A DNA stretch of 64,000 nucleotides from Candidatus Latescibacterota bacterium. Its GTDB lineage: Bacteria; Latescibacterota; UBA2968; GCA-2709665. Made by a program: the position numbers and the translations under genes. Location: contig OZ242180.1 of assembly GCA_965205485.1 (NCBI GenBank), positions 2,208,001-2,272,000 on the forward strand, in the 5' to 3' direction. Positions within the stretch are counted from its first letter, which is position 1, and each line of letters starts with the position of its first letter. This document shows, one piece after another, positions 9,320 through 16,869 of this stretch. Below the pieces are notes generated by a model, which did not search any database, had not been told where the DNA came from, and saw nothing but the letters and a program-made list of their open reading frames with translations.

Positions 9320-10180
9320 GTGGATTCAGACAGTCTGCTCATCATATCGGGATATTCACTGGGCATCTTCGCCGTTTCCTTCGCCGGCGGGAAACTGGCC
9401 GTCCTGGGATCCATGACCCACACGAAGATTCAGATACTGATGAGCCTCGTGGCGGGTTTTATCCTCGGCATCGCCATGTACCACCTCTTGCCACACAGTC
9501 TCGAACGGATTTCCGGACCTGGGAACGTGGAGAAGGCTGTCGCGTTGGTGGTTTTCGGCATGGTCCTGATGATCTTCCTCCTGCGCGTGTTCCACTTCCA
9601 TCAGCACGACTTCAGCAATGAAGCCGGCGAACTGTACGATCATCACGACCACAGTGATTCCGGCGGACACTCGGGAAGTCTGGTAGGAGTTGCGATGGGC
9701 CTGGGTGTGCATACCGTAACCGAAGGCGTCGCCCTGGGTACCAGCATGCGGATCAGCTCGCCGCATGAAGACGGAGGGGCGCTGCCTGCACTCGGCGTCT
9801 TCCTCGCCATCCTGCTCCACAAGCCGCTTGACGCTTATTCCATTGTCGGCATGATGAAGTTCGCGGGATACGGCCCGCGCACGCGTACGGCGGCGAATGT
9901 CGGATTCGCCCTGCTGTGTCCGCTGGTGGCTCTCGCCAGTTTCTGGGGCGTGGGGTTGCTCGGCCCGGACGACGGCTCGGTCACGGGCTACGTGCTTGCA
10001 TTTGCCGCGGGTGCGTTTTTGTGCATCGCGCTGAGCGACCTGATGCCTGAAATCCAATTCCACAGCCACGACCGCGGCAAGCTCATTGCATCCCTTCTCG
10101 TGGGAATCGGTCTCGCCTACGCGCTCTACTTCGTTGAATCCAGCGCCGTTCATGGAACGGAAGCGCAGCACGGACACTGA
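9320..10180 (+). CDS. ZIP family divalent metal transporter
   Basis: HLLPHS, His-rich loop HFHQH..HHDHSD, HTVTEGVALG, LHKPLD, FAAGAFLCIALSDLMPE; GTG 9320 is a more likely start than 9161. Confidence 0.9.
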   Translation: MDSDSLLIISGYSLGIFAVSFAGGKLAVLGSMTHTKIQILMSLVAGFILGIAMYHLLPHSLERISGPGNVEKAVALVVFGMVLMIFLLRVFHFHQHDFSNEAGELYDHHDHSDSGGHSGSLVGVAMGLGVHTVTEGVALGTSMRISSPHEDGGALPALGVFLAILLHKPLDAYSIVGMMKFAGYGPRTRTAANVGFALLCPLVALASFWGVGLLGPDDGSVTGYVLAFAAGAFLCIALSDLMPEIQFHSHDRGKLIASLLVGIGLAYALYFVESSAVHGTEAQHGH

Positions 10181-10238
10181 ACATAACGGTGCGGCGTCTC
10201 GACTTTCAATGGTCCGTATGCATCCGCAAAGACCCGCG

Positions 10239-11156
10239 ATGACATCGCCGAAAAGCCCTCTCAGTCCAAAACTGCAGGACCTGATCACGTCCATCGACAG
10301 ATCTCCCGTCGTATCCGTTGCCCCTGTAAAAGATGAACGAGACGACCTGTTGGTGACGTGCAAGTCAGGTCGACGACATCTACTTCGAATCGAAGACGGT
10401 CCGATCCCGCTTCTTCGGCAAAAATGGGCGTACGAGCAGTTGCGCAAGGGTGGTGTGCCGTGTCCGCGCGTGGAGGCAACGATTGAACCCGATACGGATT
10501 TTCCAAAAGGCTGTCTGCTGATATCCTGGATCGAGGCCGTGCCCTCATCCGAGATCATCCGAAGAGAAGGACCGGGACAGAAAAGCCAGGCGCTTTGTCG
10601 AGAACTGGGCCGGGCGTTGCGCCGCCTACACCATGTGAACGTGGCCGGGCCGGTCCCGGATTTTATTTTCAAGCACACCAGAGCAGGCGCGTATCAGCGC
10701 GTGGAGGATTTCGTCGGGCAGCTTCGTGAGGCGGAGTTGATCGATAAGGATTTCGAGAGAAGATACCGCCGACTGTTTGAGAAGTACGCTGGGTCCGTTC
10801 CCGAAGAATTGACCAGGACACTGTGTTTTACGGATACCCACTTCAGCAATATCATCGTTTTTGATCGTCCGAAGCCGAAAGTCGCTGGGTTTGTCGACGT
10901 GGAGGAAATCGGCGTCGGCTGGCCAATGTGGGACTTCACAAATTGGGAGTGCTGGGGCTTGCGCTTTGGTCTGTCATGGACGCGAGATCATATTCTGGAG
11001 GGGTATGGCGAGATAGACATGGAGATGTACCGGTTGGCTCTACTGGTTCGACTGTCCCGCCCGTTTACATTTGTCGGCTCGACCCGGGAACAGATTATCC
11101 GTGCAGTCGAGTCGGAGGACATTGCAGATTTCAAACTGGAAAAACTCTATCAGTAG
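10239..11156 (+). CDS. Aminoglycoside phosphotransferase (APH)/choline kinase-like protein
   Basis: GVPCPRV, LGRALRRLH, Brenner-like FTDTHFSNII, GFVDVE; start uncertain (10209-10239). Confidence 0.75.
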   Translation: MTSPKSPLSPKLQDLITSIDRSPVVSVAPVKDERDDLLVTCKSGRRHLLRIEDGPIPLLRQKWAYEQLRKGGVPCPRVEATIEPDTDFPKGCLLISWIEAVPSSEIIRREGPGQKSQALCRELGRALRRLHHVNVAGPVPDFIFKHTRAGAYQRVEDFVGQLREAELIDKDFERRYRRLFEKYAGSVPEELTRTLCFTDTHFSNIIVFDRPKPKVAGFVDVEEIGVGWPMWDFTNWECWGLRFGLSWTRDHILEGYGEIDMEMYRLALLVRLSRPFTFVGSTREQIIRAVESEDIADFKLEKLYQ

Positions 11157-11237
11157 ATTTCGGAGCGCGATCCGTCGTGGCTGCCGGATCCCCCAAGTGC
11201 AAGAACCGATTCAGAACTGGAAACCCACGGCCATCGA

Positions 11238-12368
11238 TCACGCAAGCGCGCGCAACCCCGCGTGGATCTTTTCCGCGTACTCCTCGGTCCTTCCGGGCGT
11301 ATACACGTCCATTGGCATCACGACCATGCGGGGCACCGCGCGATCGGCCACCGGCGTCACCCCCTTTCCGTAACGCGCACTGCCCGTGTAGTGGGGGCAC
11401 CGGATGGGGCACCCTTTGCCGTACGCCAGGACCTCCGTGAAAATCGGATCTTCGGCGGCGGAGCGTCTCTTGTACCCGATCGAGACGGGACAACCGTGTT
11501 CGACCATCGTCTTCTGAAAACGCTCCACCGAAATCCCCTCTCGGTCGCCTTCGAATCGAAACGCGACCGCGTGATACGCGTTGACGCACCCGTCCGCCAC
11601 GCGCTGCGGCGCCAGCCATGGCGTCTCCCTGGCGGCTTCACGGTAGAGCGACCCCGCCTTGTGATGCGCCGAGATAATCCCGTCGGCCCTGTCCATCTGC
11701 GCCAGCATCACCCCGGCCTGCAGTTCGGTCATGCGGTAATTCCATCCAAGGGTCGTCTTGATGATTCTCATTTCCTGCATTTTTTCGACCATGTCGGCCC
11801 GATCGGTCACCGCCATGCCGCCGTCCCCGCTGGTGAGATGTTTGGCCTCCTGAAAACTGTATGAACCGATCGACCCCAGCGTTCCCAGGGGCGTGCCTCT
11901 GTACGAACCCCCGACGCCGTGCGCCACGTCTTCGATCACGGGCAGTTCATATTTGTCCGCCACCCGGAGAATCCCGTCGTAGTCCGGCGGGTTTCCCCAC
12001 ATCGGCGTACAGATGACGGCGCCCGTGTGTTCCGTGATGCACGCCTCGAGCGAATCGGGATCCATATTCCAGCTGTCCTCATCGATGTCGCAGAATACAG
12101 GTACACCGTTGTGATACATCACCGCTGCGCCACCGAAGTGGACCACGGGATCGCAAACGACTTCCACGCCCGGCCCGACGCCCGCAGCCGCCACGGCCGT
12201 GTGCAGCACGCTCATCGCACTATTCATTGCCAGAGCGTATTCCGCCCCCACCCACGCTGCAAATCGCTCCTCCAGCCGGGTCGTGAATTTACCGGTCTTG
12301 CTGTTCAGCGACCCGCTCGCGATCACTTCCGCCAGGTAGTCCAGCTCCAGCTTTCCGAACCGTTCCAT
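11238..12368 (-). CDS. DegT/DnrJ/EryC1/StrS family PLP-dependent aminotransferase
   Basis: PVFCDID, VIEDVAH, SYSFQEAKHLTSGDGG, NYRMTELQAG; AAGGAGGT upstream of ATG 12368. Confidence 0.93.
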   Translation of the reverse strand: MERFGKLELDYLAEVIASGSLNSKTGKFTTRLEERFAAWVGAEYALAMNSAMSVLHTAVAAAGVGPGVEVVCDPVVHFGGAAVMYHNGVPVFCDIDEDSWNMDPDSLEACITEHTGAVICTPMWGNPPDYDGILRVADKYELPVIEDVAHGVGGSYRGTPLGTLGSIGSYSFQEAKHLTSGDGGMAVTDRADMVEKMQEMRIIKTTLGWNYRMTELQAGVMLAQMDRADGIISAHHKAGSLYREAARETPWLAPQRVADGCVNAYHAVAFRFEGDREGISVERFQKTMVEHGCPVSIGYKRRSAAEDPIFTEVLAYGKGCPIRCPHYTGSARYGKGVTPVADRAVPRMVVMPMDVYTPGRTEEYAEKIHAGLRALA

Positions 12369-12442
12369 GTCGACCTCCTTACGTTTCTTTCTTCGGCCAG
12401 CGGCTGAAGGCGTCGCAGTGTGGTAACGCCGCGTATATCCGA

Positions 12443-13711
12443 TCAACAGCCGACCAGATGCCGGGGAAACTTCGACGTCCGGTAGACCTGTCGTCCCCAG
12501 TCCAGATCTTCGGGGAACAGAAAGCATTTGCCGGCACGCGGATCGATCGGCCTGCCCGCAGACACATGTTCAAGGATTGCGCGCTGGAGCGACGTGTCGC
12601 GGGGCGCGTTGCTCAGGTCATCCGCATCATTCCCAAACACAGTTTGCAGAATCGACCGTGCCGAGATGCCGCTTGGAACCATGTAGAACTCCCGCAGGAA
12701 TCGAACCAGATTCGATCCGGACGGAAGCCAGTCTTCCAGTTGCGTATCCAGCAGCCAGGAACCACAGAAGAACGCCCTGTACGGGCGTTCGGGGAAATGG
12801 CGGGGGAAAAAGTCCATCGCGGCCCGGAAGGAGTCACCGCACGCGGCGTGATCCAAAGGTATGCCGCCGGGAATATGAAAATACAGGACGGGGTCCCCGG
12901 GTTCCAGCACAGGATCCCAATCGGCCGCGGCAAGCGTCACCATTTCTTCGGATGCGCGTCCGGTCGGAAGGATGGGGTGGCCGGCAATCCTGTCTCCCGT
13001 GATCCGGAGCCGGGAGGTCCACGCGGCCGGGGCGTCTCCGCCTCGGTGCCGCTGGCCGTCGCGTCGATAGGAAACGCCGGCTTCGCTCAGCGCGATGACC
13101 GTGGACGCCTCCCTGTGGCGATACACGCGAAACGGGTCGTTCATCACATTGAACTGGTGTTCAAGGCGGCCCAGAGCGTAGATGTCTCCGCGGAGGAAAT
13201 TGGCCAGCCAGCGCGCCGCGTGACCGTCCAGGCCCCACCGATCGAAGATTTCGCTGCAGGTTTCGCCCCTCAGATAAATCTGTTCCATACTGTCCCGTAC
13301 GACCTTTTCGGGAATCCCGTGCGCGCGGTGCGTCGCTCGCATCTGGCGAAACCGCGACAGCAGCACCAGCAGGTAGAAGAGACCTGCCAGTTCTCCCAGA
13401 GGGCCCTTCATGCACGGCCAGTCGTCCGCCAGGCGGCTGGAATATCCTTTCACATGGTAGAGACACCAGTGGCAATGCCACGCCAGAGCGCACAACGCGG
13501 GGACTCGCGACACCACGTCCGCCGCGGCGACGGCGGCCTTCACGATGTCTTCCGGGAGAAAAATTCCCCGGCAGGCCTCGCTCACGAAGTCCGTTGACAG
13601 AAAGGGGACCTCGCCGTCCGGCATCGAACTCCGTGAGGCCTCCCACGACGGCTCGAGGACCTTTCGACTCTGCTCGATATCCAGATCCGATACCACCCGG
13701 TTCAGATCCAT
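12443..13711 (-). CDS. Acyltransferase-domain protein (DUF5596/GNAT-like C-terminal type)
   Basis: YALGRLEHQ, FHIPGG, FFPRHFPE, CGSWLLD, SNLVRF, DTSLQRA; start uncertain (13711 or 13807). Confidence 0.7.
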   Translation of the reverse strand: MDLNRVVSDLDIEQSRKVLEPSWEASRSSMPDGEVPFLSTDFVSEACRGIFLPEDIVKAAVAAADVVSRVPALCALAWHCHWCLYHVKGYSSRLADDWPCMKGPLGELAGLFYLLVLLSRFRQMRATHRAHGIPEKVVRDSMEQIYLRGETCSEIFDRWGLDGHAARWLANFLRGDIYALGRLEHQFNVMNDPFRVYRHREASTVIALSEAGVSYRRDGQRHRGGDAPAAWTSRLRITGDRIAGHPILPTGRASEEMVTLAAADWDPVLEPGDPVLYFHIPGGIPLDHAACGDSFRAAMDFFPRHFPERPYRAFFCGSWLLDTQLEDWLPSGSNLVRFLREFYMVPSGISARSILQTVFGNDADDLSNAPRDTSLQRAILEHVSAGRPIDPRAGKCFLFPEDLDWGRQVYRTSKFPRHLVGC

Positions 13712-13798
13712 ATCCGCTCTTCCTCTGCTCCATCCGACCAAGAGAGCCTGTGCGAGGGAAACAGACGCACTGTCGTAGAACCCAGGCACGCACAAAAA

Positions 13799-13833
13799 TA
13801 GGCTCATTCAATATGCAATTTTAAATTAGCCTA
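13799..13833. repeat. 35-bp imperfect palindrome (13-9-13), copy 1, abutting the AAA/DUF4143 stop codon
   Basis: TAGGCTCATTCAA-TATGCAATT-TTAAATTAGCCTA; arms 11/13 complementary; 26/35 identical to 15068-15102. Confidence 0.75.
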
Positions 13834-15045
13834 TTATATCCGCACCTTCGCAGTTTCGCCTTCTGATCGGTTGATCTGAAACGCCGATTCGTGGAGGTCG
13901 CGCCACGGAACCAGGCTGCCCCGCGCCCGGCGCTGGTGTTCGTTACCGCCGTAAGCAACGAAGACGGAACCTGGCAAGGGTAAACGTGTGAGATGTTTCT
14001 GTACGCGACCGATGCTGTCAAACAGGCTCGACGACGCCGTGTTGGCCGACTTGGCCTCGACAAGCGCGATGTTGCGCGGGTACTCGATGATGAGGTCGGC
14101 CTCGGCGCCGTTTCGGTCCCTGTAAAACGACATACCGCCCATTTCGCCCTGGTTGGTCCTGCTTTTTGCGATCTCCGAGACAACCCAGGTCTCGAAAATC
14201 GGTCCGCGCAGTGGATGATTGCGCAGCTGCTCGGGTGTGCGGATACCGAGCAGCCAGCAGACGAGCCCTGTGTCGTAGAAGTGCAGTTTGGGCATCTTTA
14301 CAAGACGTTTACGAAGGTTGCCGTGAAATGCCGGTAGCCTGAAGGTGATGAAGCTGGTCTCCAGGATGCTGAGCCAGGCTTTCGCACCTGGCTGGGATAT
14401 TCCGCAATCGTCGGCCAGCGAGGAGAGATTGAGCAACTGAGCCGTACGGCCGGCGCACAATTCCACGAATCGCTGGAATGTCCCAAGATCTCCCACGTTT
14501 CTGATTGTCCGCACGTCGCGTTCGATATATGTGGCGACATAGGAGCGGAGCCAGTCGGATGGGTCCAGACCATCGTTGAATATGCGGGGATATGAACCGG
14601 CAAAGAGGGATTCTTCCAGACTCTCCGGAAACCGGGGGAACCGTTCGACTTCCCTGCGGGTGAGTGTCGGCAGGTAGTATATCGCCGTCCTTCCGGCCAG
14701 CGACTGGCTGACCGAATCGAGCAGAGCGAGGTTCTGCGAGCCGGTCAGGATCCAGCGTCCGGGCGCCGGGTCATCGTCGATAATGCCCTGCAGGTAGGAA
14801 AGCAGGTCCGGGGCCCGCTGTACCTCGTCGATGATGACGCCAGCCGGAAACTGAGCCAGAAAGCCGCGTGGGTCTTCTACCGCAAAGGCGCGAACGTCCG
14901 GAGACTCGAGTGTTGTATACCTGTGCTCGGGAAAAATGGCCCGGCAAAGCGTCGTCTTTCCGCTTTGCCGGGGACCGGTAAGCGTAATGGCAGGGAAAGC
15001 TCCCGCGGCCTTTTTGAGTCTGGGCGCCAGGTCACGTGTGATCAT
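13834..15045 (-). CDS. AAA+ ATPase (AAA_14) with DUF4143 / PD-(D/E)xK-like C-terminal domain
   Basis: Walker A GPRQSGKT, Walker B IIDEVQ, LTGSQ, SLAGR, YIERDVR, KLHFYDTGL, FETWVVSE, EADLII..VEAKS. Confidence 0.93.
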   Translation of the reverse strand: MITRDLAPRLKKAAGAFPAITLTGPRQSGKTTLCRAIFPEHRYTTLESPDVRAFAVEDPRGFLAQFPAGVIIDEVQRAPDLLSYLQGIIDDDPAPGRWILTGSQNLALLDSVSQSLAGRTAIYYLPTLTRREVERFPRFPESLEESLFAGSYPRIFNDGLDPSDWLRSYVATYIERDVRTIRNVGDLGTFQRFVELCAGRTAQLLNLSSLADDCGISQPGAKAWLSILETSFITFRLPAFHGNLRKRLVKMPKLHFYDTGLVCWLLGIRTPEQLRNHPLRGPIFETWVVSEIAKSRTNQGEMGGMSFYRDRNGAEADLIIEYPRNIALVEAKSANTASSSLFDSIGRVQKHLTRLPLPGSVFVAYGGNEHQRRARGSLVPWRDLHESAFQINRSEGETAKVRI

Positions 15046-15051
15046 ACCAGG

Positions 15052-15080
15052 AAAATAGTGAAATTTAAAGGCTATGTCAA
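15052..15080 (-). promoter_or_regulatory. Sigma70 promoter predicting a leaderless transcript of the AAA/DUF4143 gene
   Basis: Minus strand TTGACA (15080-15075), 17 nt, TATTTT (15057-15052), then 6 nt to ATG 15045; no SD. Confidence 0.65.
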
Positions 15081-15102
15081 TATTTAACTTTGAAATAGCC
15101 TA
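15068..15102. repeat. 35-bp imperfect palindrome (13-9-13), copy 2, overlapping the -35 of the AAA/DUF4143 gene
   Basis: AAGGCTATGTCAA-TATTTAACT-TTGAAATAGCCTA; arms 11/13 complementary. Confidence 0.75.
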
Positions 15103-15377
15103 AAAACCCGAAATTGAAGATCGAGAACTGAAGATCGTGACGCGGGCCGCGTCGTGTCATGGCGCCTCCCAAGGTCGGCAACTTCACGGATCAGGGAATA
15201 GGTGTGTATTGTCCGAGCGGGCGAACGGTTTACAACCCGCCACCAGACTGCGGTATGATATGTGCTTTTTCTCCGACATGCCAAAGTAGATTCCTGAGGT
15301 CGGCGGCCGCGCACGGCGACATCGTCAAATCGATCGATACGTAGCCCGGACGGCGTGAAGTTATCACGTGAAGACTA

Positions 15378-15406
15378 TTGACTTTCGTGAGATTGGCCGC
15401 TATATT
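15378..15406 (+). promoter_or_regulatory. Sigma70-type promoter upstream of the oxygenase gene
   Basis: TTGACT (15378-15383), 17 nt, TATATT (15401-15406). Confidence 0.6.
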
Positions 15407-15536
15407 TTCGCGTGCGAAAGTATTAGATTTAGTGATTGTGGGATTGAAAAGCGCGGTCTGCGGCTTGAGGGTGGTAAACGGAAGGTCCGCGGCCGTGTTC
15501 GGGAATCCGTTGTTGAGATCGTAAGGAGACAGCGGC

Positions 15537-16709
15537 ATTATAACCGTACCTTCCGCATATGTCGACGGCTATCCGGTGGCGCGGCGTTACGACCGCGAGC
15601 TCGCCGACAACTATCTCAGACATACGACAGTCGGCGACCCCCCGCTCGATCCGGTCATGGAGGAATTGGCCGGGCTTCCACCCCAGGACCTGCACCGGTT
15701 CATCAAGGCCGGTATCGACGAGGAGGAAGACGTCATGCGCAGCGCTCCCTCGGCGCTGCGCGATTTTTTCGACAACCTTGAAGATCCGCCCTGGTTTGAA
15801 TACGAATCCTTCAGGGCCGGCATGCGCGCCTTCCATATGAACACGACGAACATGCTTGTCGCGTTCGTTACGGGCGTGCTGATCGAGGGGTTCGCGACCA
15901 TGATCGCCAAGTCCTTCGCCACCACCGGACGCGTGTTGAACCGGTCGACGGCAAGAAGGCGCCTCATGCAGAATAACCGACATCTCCTGGAGTTGTTCTT
16001 CCCGGGAGGTTTGCGGAGAGACGGCGACGGATGGAAACTGTCCATGCGCCTTCGGTTCGTCCACGCAAAAGTCAGGCACCTGCTGGCAAATTCCAACGAG
16101 TGGAATACCGAAGCCTGGGGCCTCCCGTTGAGCGCGGCGCATCTGGGATTCGCCATCACCGTCTTCTCCATGCGACTGATGCAGCACTCGGTCGCGGTGG
16201 GGGCGACGTTCAATCAAGAAGAAAAAGACAGCATCATCCGGATATGGCGGTACGCGGGCCACGTGATGGGCGTTCCCGAGTCCATCCTGTTTACCGATGA
16301 AGCGCACGCCCGGGAGATATTCAAGGTCGCCCTGATGTGCGAGCCGGAGCCGGACCACGACTCAGCAACGATGGCGAACGCGCTGGTCGAGGCCATCCCG
16401 CTGACGGCGGGTATAGAGGACCCCGGTGAACAGCGGGACGTGAAAGCGCTGGCCTACCGCCTTTCAAGATCCCTTATCGGAAACAGACTGGCGGACCAGT
16501 TGCAATTTCCCAAAACCAATACATTCGGGGTGCTCCTGTTGTACCGGCTGAAGCAACGCCTGCAAAAGCTGCTGAAGAGCAAACAGTCGATCAGGTCGGA
16601 AAACTTCACCCAGATGCTCGAGATCTCGGTGTACGACGAGGTCGGACTTGGCGGCATGAGCTACAGGATGCCCGATCACGTTCAATCGTCAAAATCGAGC
16701 CCTTACTGA
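15537..16709 (+). CDS. Oxygenase MpaB/DUF2236 family (Lcp/rubber oxygenase-like)
   Basis: GDPPLD, RRRLMQN, GWKLSMRLRFVHAKVR (heme-His motif), WGLPLS, WRYAGHVMGVPE; start may be ATT 15537/ATA 15540 after AAGGAG, ORF track start is GTG 15576. Confidence 0.82.
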   Translation: MITVPSAYVDGYPVARRYDRELADNYLRHTTVGDPPLDPVMEELAGLPPQDLHRFIKAGIDEEEDVMRSAPSALRDFFDNLEDPPWFEYESFRAGMRAFHMNTTNMLVAFVTGVLIEGFATMIAKSFATTGRVLNRSTARRRLMQNNRHLLELFFPGGLRRDGDGWKLSMRLRFVHAKVRHLLANSNEWNTEAWGLPLSAAHLGFAITVFSMRLMQHSVAVGATFNQEEKDSIIRIWRYAGHVMGVPESILFTDEAHAREIFKVALMCEPEPDHDSATMANALVEAIPLTAGIEDPGEQRDVKALAYRLSRSLIGNRLADQLQFPKTNTFGVLLLYRLKQRLQKLLKSKQSIRSENFTQMLEISVYDEVGLGGMSYRMPDHVQSSKSSPY

Positions 16710-16869
16710 TTCAAGTTCACGGCGATGATAACGACCTCCTTCGTGAAACGGAAAACAGGAGATTCATGGATTTGATGGGACGAATTCCTTTGAGGTCACC
16801 GGTGTTGACACTGCCGGCCGTCAACCAGGGTGAGATCGTCGCCGCTCCCGGCCATGAAAGGGAGCGGCG

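Noticed and set aside
13799..15102. Flanking palindromes as XerCD dif or integron attC sites
   Set aside because: No match to the dif 11-6-11 consensus (TTATGTTAAAT arm) or to attC RYYYAAC/GTTRRRY ends; kept as an unassigned site pair.
15410..15530. Riboswitch in the long leaders of the oxygenase gene or of the gene at 2606
   Set aside because: No recognisable aptamer consensus or terminator by eye; an Rfam search would be needed to exclude one.
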